A stretch of 55,719 nt of DNA from a virus (Duplodnaviria; Caudoviricetes): positions 1 through 55,719 of the IMG/VR virus record IMGVR_UViG_3300033141_003115; one strand, written 5' to 3'. Every line of letters begins with the position of its first letter. The first letter of the stretch is position 1. The notes under the pieces are model-generated. The model saw nothing but the letters and a program-made list of their open reading frames with translations, ran no database searches and was not told the DNA's origin. Positions 41,269 to 51,491 of the stretch are shown here, one piece after another. A program made the translations under genes and the position numbers.

Positions 41269-42303
41269 ATGAATAAATTCGTTGTAATTGGTGATTTACA
41301 TTTGCGTACAGAGTTTTTAGATAAGTTTGAACCTTTCTTTAATATGCTTTCTACTTTTGATTGTCCCCTGATCTTTTTAGGGGACATCTTTCATTTCAGA
41401 GGAGCTTTTTCAGGTAAATTTTTAGTAGATGTTAAGAGCTTGTTTGATAAACTTAATAATCCTGTAACGATAATAGCTGGAAATCATGATAGGGTATATA
41501 ATGAGCGCACAATATTAGAATTATTTCAAGCACCAAATATGCGAGTTGTGAATCGGTTACTTATAGAGCCTCCTTATGCTTATGTAGCTTTTACTTCAGA
41601 TAATAGCATTCTGGAAGATTTATTCAAGCACAAAGACGTTAAGGTAATATTCAGTCATTTACCTATTGATGGGCATCCTTTAGCACGTAATGCGAAATTT
41701 GCTCCTGAACTGTTCAAAAATTTCGAATTGATATTCAATGGACACTGGCATTCTCCCAAATGTCTTAATAATATTGTGTTTACTGGATCGATTTATCATG
41801 TAACTAAAGCAGAAATAGGTAATCGTACTATGATTTACATAGTGGAAAACAACCAAGTAAAATCACAAGATGTATTGGTCTTGCATCGTGTTCGTGTAGA
41901 AGAATTCATGAAGGAATATAATACACCAGATTATATTATTTACACGCGTAGCGCAGATATAGCACAGCAATACACCAATGCATATAATGTTATAGTAGAA
42001 ACAAACACAACAACTTCAGATGCTGATGTAAAAAGCACATTACCTATGTTATCTTTCTGGGATGAGGTAGAAACACAGCTCATTGATTATTTAGCTGAAC
42101 GAGAGCTATCATCCAAAGAAATCGATACAGCATTAGCTTTATTACCAGATGATATATTAGCACATTGGAATAAGCATTCATTAGTTACTGCTATTATAAC
42201 TGAATATGAGAACAAGCTAAAAGAGTTACAAAATAATATTTCATCATACGATTCTGCAATACAAGCTATTATTAAGGAAGGTGAATCTCGTGATACGCTT
42301 TGA
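41269..42303 (+). CDS. Mre11/SbcD/gp47-like nuclease
   Basis: GDLH, LGDIFH, GNHD and GHWH motifs; directly upstream of the Rad50-like gene. Confidence 0.88.
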   Translation: MNKFVVIGDLHLRTEFLDKFEPFFNMLSTFDCPLIFLGDIFHFRGAFSGKFLVDVKSLFDKLNNPVTIIAGNHDRVYNERTILELFQAPNMRVVNRLLIEPPYAYVAFTSDNSILEDLFKHKDVKVIFSHLPIDGHPLARNAKFAPELFKNFELIFNGHWHSPKCLNNIVFTGSIYHVTKAEIGNRTMIYIVENNQVKSQDVLVLHRVRVEEFMKEYNTPDYIIYTRSADIAQQYTNAYNVIVETNTTTSDADVKSTLPMLSFWDEVETQLIDYLAERELSSKEIDTALALLPDDILAHWNKHSLVTAIITEYENKLKELQNNISSYDSAIQAIIKEGESRDTL

Positions 42304-44014
42304 ACATGTACAGTTAAAGAATTTTCTATGTTATACTAACGCAGAATTGGATTTAGCAAATCGGGGTATTGTTAGAGTAAATGGTAAAAATGGTGCTGGT
42401 AAAAGTGCTCTATTTGAAAGTATCTTGTGGGCGTTATTTGGTAGAACTCCTCGTGGATTAGATTCTAAAAACATAATAAAATATGGTACAGATAATGCTT
42501 CGGTAGAATTAAGTTTAACATATCAGAATCATAATTATGTTATTAAACGAGAAGTTACACCATCTAAGCACACACTGATCTATTACAAAGATGGAACAGA
42601 ACATACGTTTCCTTCCGTACGCGAGGCTCAAGATGCATTAAATCAAGAATTGGGTCAGATAAGTGAAAGTTTAATATTACAGACTTTTTATTTGAAGCAA
42701 TATGATCATGATACTTTTGTATACTTGACTGATTCTAAACAAAAAGATATCTTGGAAGACATTCTTGGCATGGCTATGTTTGATTATACATTCAAGCTTT
42801 TGAAAGATACACACGATCAGATGCAAAGTTTGATATTAAAACATGAGCAAGAATTATCTCGTATACACTCATTAATACAAAATGTTGAAAGTTATATCGC
42901 ATTATTAGACACACAGAAAAGCTCATTAAAACGATCTGCGCCTACAATGAAAGAAGCGGATGTTCGAGCTAAACTGGATTCTTTAAACACTAAGCTAACA
43001 GAATATCAGAATAAATTACAACAGATATTAGATCAAGAACGACAGTTAAATGGTATAATCAATAAATTAGTAGAAGAAGCTCAGAAAGTTAAATCAGTAG
43101 CATCTTCAGATACATTATACATATTAAAATTATATACTACTGCTATACAGACAAAACAGTGTCCTGTGTGTCAACAGCATATAACAGATGATATTGAGAA
43201 TCGCATGAAAGCATCTATTGATTATATAAGATCGCAGATATATTCACACAATGTAGATGAATTAAAGACTCAACTAAGAGATGTTCAATTAAAGCTATCA
43301 TCTTTACGTCAAGAAGAAGAAAAATTACGAAATCTTATTGGTATAACAGAACAGGAGATATTAAAATTAGAAGCAATTCGAAGGGAGGTGTCGTCTCATG
43401 TTTCAGAGCTGGAGCGATTGGTTCTTCGGATCGACAAGCAAAAAGAACAACTCAATACTCTTCGATCTCAATTGGTTCAGTTTAGAGAGCAAAGCAAAGC
43501 CTCGGATTTGGTTTCTCTGGTCGAAATGGTTAGGATTTTGATGGATGCATTTGGCTCACAAGGGATTAAGAATAACATTATTGATAAATATGTTGCAGTA
43601 TTGAACCAGCATTTGAATAATGTTTTACAGTATATTTTGCCTCATGTTACTGCACAGGTTAGCACATATAGATATACTAAGACAAATCAATTACGACGAA
43701 AATTAACATTTCAAGTATTTTATAATGATACTGAGACAACATTCAAAGCTTTGAGTGGTGGAGAGCGTAAACGATTAGAGATCGCTACAATCTTAGCATT
43801 ACAGAAAGTAGTAGAGATGTTAGGTCGATTTCAAAGTAATATAATCATATTTGATGAAATATTTGATCAATTAGATGCTTCGGGTATTGAAGCCATAGTA
43901 GAATATTTACGTACTTATAATGACAAAGAGAGCTTGTTCTTAATCTCGCATTCACCTTATATCTTTACTGTGGATGATATAATAGATATTGATGGGGGTG
44001 AAATTCATGAATAA
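42290..44014 (+). CDS. Rad50/SbcC/gp46-like ATPase
   Basis: GKNGAGKS, coiled coil with CPVC zinc hook, LSGGE, FDEIFDQLD and ISH. Start moved to GTG 42290. Confidence 0.92.
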   Translation: MIRFEHVQLKNFLCYTNAELDLANRGIVRVNGKNGAGKSALFESILWALFGRTPRGLDSKNIIKYGTDNASVELSLTYQNHNYVIKREVTPSKHTLIYYKDGTEHTFPSVREAQDALNQELGQISESLILQTFYLKQYDHDTFVYLTDSKQKDILEDILGMAMFDYTFKLLKDTHDQMQSLILKHEQELSRIHSLIQNVESYIALLDTQKSSLKRSAPTMKEADVRAKLDSLNTKLTEYQNKLQQILDQERQLNGIINKLVEEAQKVKSVASSDTLYILKLYTTAIQTKQCPVCQQHITDDIENRMKASIDYIRSQIYSHNVDELKTQLRDVQLKLSSLRQEEEKLRNLIGITEQEILKLEAIRREVSSHVSELERLVLRIDKQKEQLNTLRSQLVQFREQSKASDLVSLVEMVRILMDAFGSQGIKNNIIDKYVAVLNQHLNNVLQYILPHVTAQVSTYRYTKTNQLRRKLTFQVFYNDTETTFKALSGGERKRLEIATILALQKVVEMLGRFQSNIIIFDEIFDQLDASGIEAIVEYLRTYNDKESLFLISHSPYIFTVDDIIDIDGGEIHE

Positions 44015-44483
44015 AAACAAAGGTAAAGCGTCCAGAAAAGGGAAATACTTCGAAAGGCTTGTAGCAAAAGAATTAGCCAAGCAATTAGATAAGCCCTATA
44101 AATCGGTGGTTGTTCGAACTCCGAACAGTGGAGGCTTACAATGGAAAGGGGATATACAATTCTTAGATGGATTTCCATTATATGTTGAATGTAAGTTCGG
44201 ATATAACTTAAATTTGGATTCAATAATGAAAGGAGATCAAAAGATAAGATATTGGTGGGCTAAAGCAAAGAAAGAAGCTAAGACAGAAAACAAGACGCCA
44301 GTACTTATTTTCAGTCAACCTCGATTTGAACGCTATGTCTTAATTGATTATTCTATGATTAAGGGTGATTTATCTGCTATACCACATATGCTTACTAAGG
44401 ATGGATTAGTAATTTTTCCTTTGGACTATTTTCGTGAGGCATTGATTAAATGGAATTTTCTTAAAGGAGGAACGATAAAATGA
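44007..44483 (+). CDS. Holliday junction resolvase (Hjc-like PD-(D/E)XK)
   Basis: KGKYFER...RTPNSGG...GDI...VECK pattern. Confidence 0.8.
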   Translation: MNKNKGKASRKGKYFERLVAKELAKQLDKPYKSVVVRTPNSGGLQWKGDIQFLDGFPLYVECKFGYNLNLDSIMKGDQKIRYWWAKAKKEAKTENKTPVLIFSQPRFERYVLIDYSMIKGDLSAIPHMLTKDGLVIFPLDYFREALIKWNFLKGGTIK

Positions 44484-45229
44484 CAGGTTATGATGCATAT
44501 AAACGTATATGTCATGTTATTCCTCTTTATAGTTATATGTGTCAAGACACTCGAAGAACAACATCTTTACCACGTTATGTTGGAAAAGAAAACAAATGGG
44601 ATGATCTTGCTCAGAAATTAGAATATCACAGTGCTTTACCTGAAGAATATGCAGAATTTATATGCAAATATATAAAAAGACCTTATACATCTGTGATTCT
44701 TTCATCAAGAGTATTTAATTCATTTATTCAGTTTAGACATACAGATAATTATACTACACACTTTCTAAGCAAAGCAGTACAAATAGAATTACTTCAGTTA
44801 GTACGAGATAGGTATATTTCTGTCACATTGCCCTTATCAGTTATGCGCGGGATATATTTGGGGGCTAAGTTTTCCTACTCAAATAATGTTTATAATTGGG
44901 AGAAATTACTTGAGAATTACAGTCTCGTATATCTTAGTTATAGATATCATCAAGGAACACTTGAGTTACCTGATGAACAGGGACGTATATACAATGAAGT
45001 CATTTCAACTCGATATATGATATACTTTTCTGTTATAGAAGATTTAGAGAAAATGACTCACGAATCATTAGAAGCAAAATATTGTGAAGCGTATGATTTA
45101 TTACGTCGTGTTGAATTCTTAACTTTTGATCCTCAATTAGAAAGAGCATATGTTTTGGACTTGATACGCAAAACTTGGATACCAGGCTTGCATCCTGAGC
45201 AGTATGAAGCACCTTTCGGGAGGCCTTAA
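44480..45229 (+). CDS. Hypothetical protein (helicase-loader position)
   Basis: SD AGGAGG; immediately precedes the DnaB-like gene. No motif recognised. Confidence 0.6.
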   Translation: MTGYDAYKRICHVIPLYSYMCQDTRRTTSLPRYVGKENKWDDLAQKLEYHSALPEEYAEFICKYIKRPYTSVILSSRVFNSFIQFRHTDNYTTHFLSKAVQIELLQLVRDRYISVTLPLSVMRGIYLGAKFSYSNNVYNWEKLLENYSLVYLSYRYHQGTLELPDEQGRIYNEVISTRYMIYFSVIEDLEKMTHESLEAKYCEAYDLLRRVEFLTFDPQLERAYVLDLIRKTWIPGLHPEQYEAPFGRP

Positions 45230-45230
45230 T

Positions 45231-46505
45231 ATGCAGGCAACTTTGATATTATCAGCGTTCATGCAATATCCACATTATTTGCGATTGTTAGATTCGATGC
45301 TCTTAAAAGGAACATCCAAAGAGAGTGCAGAATTAAGTTTTTTCTTAAGTGTTTTATATAATAAGTATAATCAAGCTAAGAAGGCTTATTATACGATAGA
45401 TAATTTAATTATTGAATTAGAACAAATTGATTTAGGTTTAACTTCAGAACAACGTGATTTGTTTCGTAAGTTCTTGATGAATGTTCCAGATGAATCAATG
45501 TCTGAAGATCAAGCAGATGAAATTATTAAAGAATTTCTATTCTATACAGCAACGAAGCATGTATTACCTACAATGTCCAAAGATAAAGGTGTATCTTATC
45601 TGAACAAATTATATACAGCACTAACATATGCACCTAAGCAAAGTATTTTACTCAGCCTGAAAGAGGATATTAATCAGATACAGGAAATTTACTCAACATT
45701 AGAAGCTATGAGAGAATTTCCAACAGGATTACCCCAGATTGATGCTGCACTACAAGGAGGCCTTGGTCGCGGAGAATTAGGTGTATTACAAGCCAGCACA
45801 AATGTCGGAAAAAGCTGGTATCTATTGAATGTAGCGCATATTAATGCCCGTAAGGGACATAATGTAATTTTTGTCTCTCTGGAAATGAGTGAGCGAGAAA
45901 TATTAAAACGTTTGGCTACATTAGTTCTGCATGTATCTTCAGTATATATAGAAACATATGGAACTAAGATTGCTGAACTTATGGCTGATTATGTTCAGAA
46001 TGAATTAAAAGGTAATTTGTATATTCTTCGTAGTGCTCCTTTTGAAATGAGTATATATGATTTTGAAAAGAAGTTAGAGCAATTAGAATTGGTAAATGCT
46101 TTTCCTGATTTAATAGTATTGGATTATGCTGATCTATTTCGTATGGGTAATGGCATGCTTTGGGACGAATTGGGGAAATTGTACGCTCATTTACAGCGTT
46201 TAGCTTTACATTATAATGTAGGAATTTGGACTGCATCACAATTAAATAAAGAAGCCATGAAACATTCAGATCGTACAGGATTGCAGTATACATCTGGATC
46301 AATTGAAAAAGTTAATCGTGCTGATATAGTTATACATATTGAAGTTCTACCTGATGGCTCACGTCGAGCTCGTATAGTTAAGTCGCGTCGTAGTCGAAAA
46401 GCTATTGAACAGATACTTATTCCTGATTTTGAAAGTGGAGATTTAGTAGGATCATCAGATCAAACCAAATTAGTTGATACGTTTGATTTGGATAAATTTG
46501 TTTAG
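45231..46505 (+). CDS. dnaB: Replicative helicase (DnaB/gp41-like)
   Basis: ASTNVGKS, FVSLEMSE, IVLDYADL and WTASQLN. Start moved to ATG 45231. Confidence 0.92.
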   Translation: MQATLILSAFMQYPHYLRLLDSMLLKGTSKESAELSFFLSVLYNKYNQAKKAYYTIDNLIIELEQIDLGLTSEQRDLFRKFLMNVPDESMSEDQADEIIKEFLFYTATKHVLPTMSKDKGVSYLNKLYTALTYAPKQSILLSLKEDINQIQEIYSTLEAMREFPTGLPQIDAALQGGLGRGELGVLQASTNVGKSWYLLNVAHINARKGHNVIFVSLEMSEREILKRLATLVLHVSSVYIETYGTKIAELMADYVQNELKGNLYILRSAPFEMSIYDFEKKLEQLELVNAFPDLIVLDYADLFRMGNGMLWDELGKLYAHLQRLALHYNVGIWTASQLNKEAMKHSDRTGLQYTSGSIEKVNRADIVIHIEVLPDGSRRARIVKSRRSRKAIEQILIPDFESGDLVGSSDQTKLVDTFDLDKFV

Positions 46506-46516
46506 GAGGTGTAAAA

Positions 46517-48874
46517 ATGCAATGTAAAGATTGTGAAATTTTGAAAACATTGAGTAATATACCTGAGAGTATAAAAATTATTCCTGCTGATATTGTGATA
46601 GTTGTACCTACATCTGAAAACTTAAAACATGTCGTTGCGCAAGCATTAGTACATCAATTGCGATTACATTATTCGGATAATGATAAGATACATTTAACGA
46701 GCTTATATAAATGTCCTGTTCAGCGTAAACTTACTAAAACACAGTTGCGAAAATGTCTGCCTATATTACGTAAAGAATTGGAGATATTGAAGCCTAAGTT
46801 CATACTTGTCTTTGGTGCAGATGCTGCGTCTGTGATTTTGCAAGATACAACAAAAGCTCGATTGTTTAATGTAGCTCATTATTCTTCTGAATTTGATGCA
46901 TATATTATACCTTTGTATACGTTAGATATGTATCAGGAAAATACAACTTTACGCGCAAACCTTCTGAAGAATATTATCCAAGTATTAAACTCTCCCACAG
47001 AAAAGCCTATGAATATTGAGTTGCTCATGGATGAGCAAGAAATCATAGATATGCTTACAGCATTAATTCATAGTACTGAAGATAAATTTGCATTTGATGT
47101 AGAAACTACTGATTTAGATATCTGGAAACCCGACGCTAAAATATTAACCTGTGCTATTGCATTTAATAATAAAGGGTATGCTTTCCCTATACAAGCCACT
47201 GTAAACGGAGCTTCTGTTATTGATAGTTCTAAAGTAATTTCAGTACTAAAACAACTTATGAGCACTAACAAGGTTAAGATTGGACATAATATAAAATTTG
47301 ATATGAACGCCTTAAAGCAGATTCTTGATATCGATGTAAGCATGCCCATTGCAGATACGATGATTATGCATTATACTATTAATGAAGAAACTCGAACACA
47401 CAGTCTTTCTGCATTGTTAGGACTTTTAGGTTTAGAAGATCATAAGCAATTTGATTTATCATTATTACAAAAAACATTACCTAACGCTTACTTATTGAAG
47501 CAGCTTTTGGAATATAATGCTAAAGATGCTTTAGCTACATTGTATTTACACGATTATTTATTGACAAAGATGGAGCCTCATAACAAATTAGTAACTAAGA
47601 TGCTTTATAATGTGACACATGTATTACATGACATAGAAGTACATGGATTTGCAGTAGATGTACAACGCTTACATAAAGTGAAAAATGAATTAGAACAAAC
47701 AATTTCAAATATTGAAGCTAAATTAAAATCTTATGATGTTATTGAAAAAGTTAAACAAGAACTTAATATTGATGATATAAATCTAAACTCTCCTCAACAA
47801 ATAGCTAAAATTTTTGAATTATTAAACCTACCTGTGATTCAAACGACTAAGACAGGGCAAATATCAACGGATAAGCAGACACTAACATATTTAGCTGAGA
47901 ATTATAATATAGAATTTGCGAAAGACTTACTGCAATATCGTGAATTAAATAAGATTATGCAGACATATGTTATTCCTTATTTGGAGAATGATATAGTAAA
48001 GAATGGACGTATCCATCCTACATATAATGTAACAGCTACAGTTACAGGAAGATTGAGTTGTTCTAATCCCAATCTTCAGCAGATTCCAAGAAATGCATTG
48101 ATAAAACAGATTTTTGTTCCAGATAATGATAATCATATACTTGTTAATATAGATTATAGTCAGGCTGAGCTCAGAGTTATGGCTATGTTATCTGGGGACG
48201 AAAAACTATCTAAAGCATATATTGAAGGTATTGATGTACACCGTCAAACTGCAGCTTTAGTATATAATAAACCTATTGATCAAGTTACAGATGAAGAACG
48301 TCAACTTGCGAAAATGGTTAATTTTGCTATAATCTATGGAAGTACACCTCAAGGATTAGCGAAACGGCTGAATCGGACTGAACAGGAGATGGTTCAATTT
48401 GTAAACACCTGGTTCAAAATCTATCCCGCGGTAAAAAGATTTGAGCATCAAGTTTTAATTACAGCACGCACACAGAAATATATTATGACTCCTTTTGGAC
48501 GAGTACGTCATCTTCCACAAATTGATTCGGATAATGCACAAATACGAGCACGTACTGAAAGGCAAGCAATTAATTACATCATTCAGAGTACAGCTGCTGA
48601 TTTTACGTTATTATCATTGATTCAGATACATAAATTATTAAAAGGAATGGATGCATATATTGTAAATACTGTACATGATTCTATAATGTTATCAATAAAT
48701 AGGAAGTTAGTATCAAATTTATTACCTCGTATTAAGTTGTTGATGGAGTCTTATGATTTTTCCTGGATGCGTGGAATTAGTCTAAAAGTAGATATATCAA
48801 TAGGTAAGAATTGGGGAGAATTAATAGAGTTAGACTCTTTAGATGATCTGGAAGGAGTGTTGAGTCAGCTATGA
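46517..48874 (+). CDS. polA: Family A DNA polymerase with 3'-5' exonuclease and N-terminal UDG-like domain
   Basis: Exonuclease motifs FDVET, GHNIKFD, YNAKD; polymerase motifs TGRLS, DYSQAELR, AKMVNFAIIYG, VHDS. Confidence 0.95.
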   Translation: MQCKDCEILKTLSNIPESIKIIPADIVIVVPTSENLKHVVAQALVHQLRLHYSDNDKIHLTSLYKCPVQRKLTKTQLRKCLPILRKELEILKPKFILVFGADAASVILQDTTKARLFNVAHYSSEFDAYIIPLYTLDMYQENTTLRANLLKNIIQVLNSPTEKPMNIELLMDEQEIIDMLTALIHSTEDKFAFDVETTDLDIWKPDAKILTCAIAFNNKGYAFPIQATVNGASVIDSSKVISVLKQLMSTNKVKIGHNIKFDMNALKQILDIDVSMPIADTMIMHYTINEETRTHSLSALLGLLGLEDHKQFDLSLLQKTLPNAYLLKQLLEYNAKDALATLYLHDYLLTKMEPHNKLVTKMLYNVTHVLHDIEVHGFAVDVQRLHKVKNELEQTISNIEAKLKSYDVIEKVKQELNIDDINLNSPQQIAKIFELLNLPVIQTTKTGQISTDKQTLTYLAENYNIEFAKDLLQYRELNKIMQTYVIPYLENDIVKNGRIHPTYNVTATVTGRLSCSNPNLQQIPRNALIKQIFVPDNDNHILVNIDYSQAELRVMAMLSGDEKLSKAYIEGIDVHRQTAALVYNKPIDQVTDEERQLAKMVNFAIIYGSTPQGLAKRLNRTEQEMVQFVNTWFKIYPAVKRFEHQVLITARTQKYIMTPFGRVRHLPQIDSDNAQIRARTERQAINYIIQSTAADFTLLSLIQIHKLLKGMDAYIVNTVHDSIMLSINRKLVSNLLPRIKLLMESYDFSWMRGISLKVDISIGKNWGELIELDSLDDLEGVLSQL

Positions 48875-49776
48875 TAGATGTAAAATTGTTGGAAACAAAG
48901 CTCAAAAAGCGGCGTGTAGCTAAAGGTGGAGAAGAAGTAGTCTTTATATGTCCTTTTTGTGAACGCAATGGTATGGGACCTGATCGACGAGGACATCTTT
49001 ATGTTAATAGTATCACAGGACAATTCATTTGTCATCGTTGTGGTGAACGAGGATCATACAAAACATTATTATGGTTATTACAACTACCGTATCAAAATAT
49101 AGCTATAACATCTGATATTGTGTTAGTACAAGAGCTTGATGATTTTTCACAGTTATATGTGAAAGAAGAATTGAATTCAGCATTTAAGTCATTTCGATAT
49201 TTAGATAAGAATCATGAAGCATATAAATACTTATTGAATCGAGGACTTACCTCAGATGATATCAAGCTATATCACTTTGGTATTTTTACTGATAAAGTTA
49301 AAGATTATGTTATTATTCCAATTATACATCAAGGACATTGGGTAACTTGGCAGGGAAGGGCTTATAAATCCACAGATAAGAAACGACGATATTATAATCC
49401 ACCCAATAGTCAGTTACATAATTATGTTTTCAATTATGATTTAGCCAGTATGTATAAGCATGTTATTATAACAGAAGGTATATTTGATGCAATATCTGCT
49501 GGGCATAATGGAATAGCTACATTCGGAAAGACATTAAGCAAGAAGCAGATATATCTTATAGTAAATACGTGGCCACAGGTGATTCTTGCTTATGACAGAG
49601 ATGCACAGAAGGAACAAGAACACATTGCTCGACAGTTATGTAACTACATTGATGTGTATATGTTTGATTGGAAAACAATTGATGATTCTATTAAGGATTT
49701 GAACGAATTACTTATACACAGTTCAAAAGATGATATACAAAAAATGCTTAAGCAAAATATTGTTAAATATTCTTAA
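48871..49776 (+). CDS. dnaG: DNA primase (zinc finger + TOPRIM)
   Basis: CPFC...CHRC, YLLNRG, ITEGIFDA and LAYDRD. Confidence 0.9.
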   Translation: MIDVKLLETKLKKRRVAKGGEEVVFICPFCERNGMGPDRRGHLYVNSITGQFICHRCGERGSYKTLLWLLQLPYQNIAITSDIVLVQELDDFSQLYVKEELNSAFKSFRYLDKNHEAYKYLLNRGLTSDDIKLYHFGIFTDKVKDYVIIPIIHQGHWVTWQGRAYKSTDKKRRYYNPPNSQLHNYVFNYDLASMYKHVIITEGIFDAISAGHNGIATFGKTLSKKQIYLIVNTWPQVILAYDRDAQKEQEHIARQLCNYIDVYMFDWKTIDDSIKDLNELLIHSSKDDIQKMLKQNIVKYS

Positions 49777-49817
49777 TTCAAATTGTAAAGTTATAGACAT
49801 AATAATCATATTTTTTG

Positions 49818-49826
49818 TGTTATAAT
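49818..49826 (+). promoter_or_regulatory. Extended -10 promoter candidate for the accessory cluster
   Basis: TGTTATAAT upstream of SD AAGGAGG and GTG 49850. Confidence 0.55.
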
Positions 49827-49849
49827 TAAAAAGGAAAGGAGGAAAAAGC

Positions 49850-50734
49850 GTGAAATTCATTTTAATAGGAGGTGTTTTGATAGTGAGTGTATTGACATCT
49901 GGAGCAGATACTTGTTATAGGAAAACATTACAGGATTACTTGGTAACGCATTTATATTTATCTGAAAAACGAGCTCAAGAACTTCTTGATGGTATATATG
50001 ATGGTATCGAAGATGCTAAGGAATTTAATTCTATTATTAAAGTACATCCCATAGAAATGATTGCTATTTTAGAAGCTGAAAGTTCTGGTAGAAACATTAT
50101 GGGAGATAAAGGCACAGCCGTAGGATATTTTCAACTTCATTGGGAAGCTATTTGGTTTGTTTGGAGTTATTTCCCACATTTGAAGCGGGAAGAGTTTAAG
50201 AAAAAACCTTTAAATGTATTCATAGATTTTCCATACACACAAGCTCGATTAGCTACATTGTATTTATACTTACTAAAGCTGCAATTTGGTGATGATGCAT
50301 ATAGTGCATATAATGGATGGAATGATGCATATGCAGAACAGATTAGAGAGAATATCAAACGTATCACAGATTATTGTACGGAAACTTTTGGGCCTGTTTT
50401 AGTGCTTACAGATACTTTACCTAAGGAAATATTTATGCCTGCTGAAGAACAAACAGTTTTTATAACTCCTGTTACAACGCAAGATGTTTTAGCTATGTTG
50501 CCTCAGTATAAAGTGTTTGGTGATTTTGCTTATGATGGAGTTAAAATTGCAATAGAGAGATTTTTGGATATTAAAATTGATCCTGTACCAGATGATTTGA
50601 AGATGGATGAAAATGTAACATTGGTTAAATGCAGTTATTCTATAATAGAGACATATGACTATGGAGATTATATAGATGGCTACCCAGCAATTGATGATGA
50701 AGAACCTAAATTTCATATATATGAGATTCTGTGA
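49850..50734 (+). CDS. SLT-type lytic transglycosylase with N-terminal hydrophobic signal and C-terminal DUF1874-like domain
   Basis: AILEAESSG (catalytic Glu), AVGYFQL and SAYNG. The C-terminal ~113 aa follow the DUF1874 pattern. Confidence 0.7.
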   Translation: MKFILIGGVLIVSVLTSGADTCYRKTLQDYLVTHLYLSEKRAQELLDGIYDGIEDAKEFNSIIKVHPIEMIAILEAESSGRNIMGDKGTAVGYFQLHWEAIWFVWSYFPHLKREEFKKKPLNVFIDFPYTQARLATLYLYLLKLQFGDDAYSAYNGWNDAYAEQIRENIKRITDYCTETFGPVLVLTDTLPKEIFMPAEEQTVFITPVTTQDVLAMLPQYKVFGDFAYDGVKIAIERFLDIKIDPVPDDLKMDENVTLVKCSYSIIETYDYGDYIDGYPAIDDEEPKFHIYEIL

Positions 50735-51123
50735 GGGATGATATGATGTTGCTAAAAATAGAAACATTTATTTTGATGTCTTGGTTTATAGCTTTTCTTT
50801 CGGCACGATTGACAGTATATTTCATGTTTAAATCTCTGGATGATTTAGCGTTTGATGATATAGATGCTTTACATAAGCATGATTTTTGGGGACGTTTTTT
50901 TGCTGCTGTTCTTATGATTTGTTCATTTGGATTATTCAAGTATCCTTTTCCAGAGTTTCTCAATGAAAATGGTACAACACATAAAGAAAACTTTGACACT
51001 GAAATAGATGAAATAGTAATTTCAATCTTATCGGATTTGTCTGATAAACAAATTGAGGATATAGTTACCATGGCTAAAATACGTAGAGAATGGAAACAAT
51101 TGAGAGATGATGATAGTGTGTAA
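50731..51123 (+). CDS. Membrane protein (2 TM helices)
   Basis: Two hydrophobic stretches and an acidic C-terminus; overlaps the SLT stop codon. Confidence 0.6.
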   Translation: MRDDMMLLKIETFILMSWFIAFLSARLTVYFMFKSLDDLAFDDIDALHKHDFWGRFFAAVLMICSFGLFKYPFPEFLNENGTTHKENFDTEIDEIVISILSDLSDKQIEDIVTMAKIRREWKQLRDDDSV

Positions 51124-51478
51124 AATTTTGAACACATTATGGCACATGATTCAAGACTTCTTTTATGTTCGGTTACGGATGGCATTTTTAACACGTCGTT
51201 ATTATCGTTGTGTTCAGATTCAGTTCATTCAGTGGTTCTTGCAGCAGCAAGCGAAGCACACAGATAATATAACTGAATTTGCTACGTATTTATATATGTC
51301 TGAAACAAAGGCTTATGATTTGATATCAAATACAACTTATTTATCTCTCAAGGATATGGTACGTATAGCTTTTCTATTAGGATATAAAATTGTATTACGC
51401 TTTGAACCTTTAAGTGAATGGGAAATGCAAGAAATTGAAGAGTTACGTGCCAAATTGGATGGAAAGTTTAATTCATAA
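51107..51478 (+). CDS. XRE-like HTH protein
   Basis: NITEFATYLYMSETKAYDLIS...LSLKDMVRIAFLLGYKIVLRFEP. Confidence 0.65.
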   Translation: MMIVCKILNTLWHMIQDFFYVRLRMAFLTRRYYRCVQIQFIQWFLQQQAKHTDNITEFATYLYMSETKAYDLISNTTYLSLKDMVRIAFLLGYKIVLRFEPLSEWEMQEIEELRAKLDGKFNS

Positions 51479-51491
51479 GGAGGCTGATATT

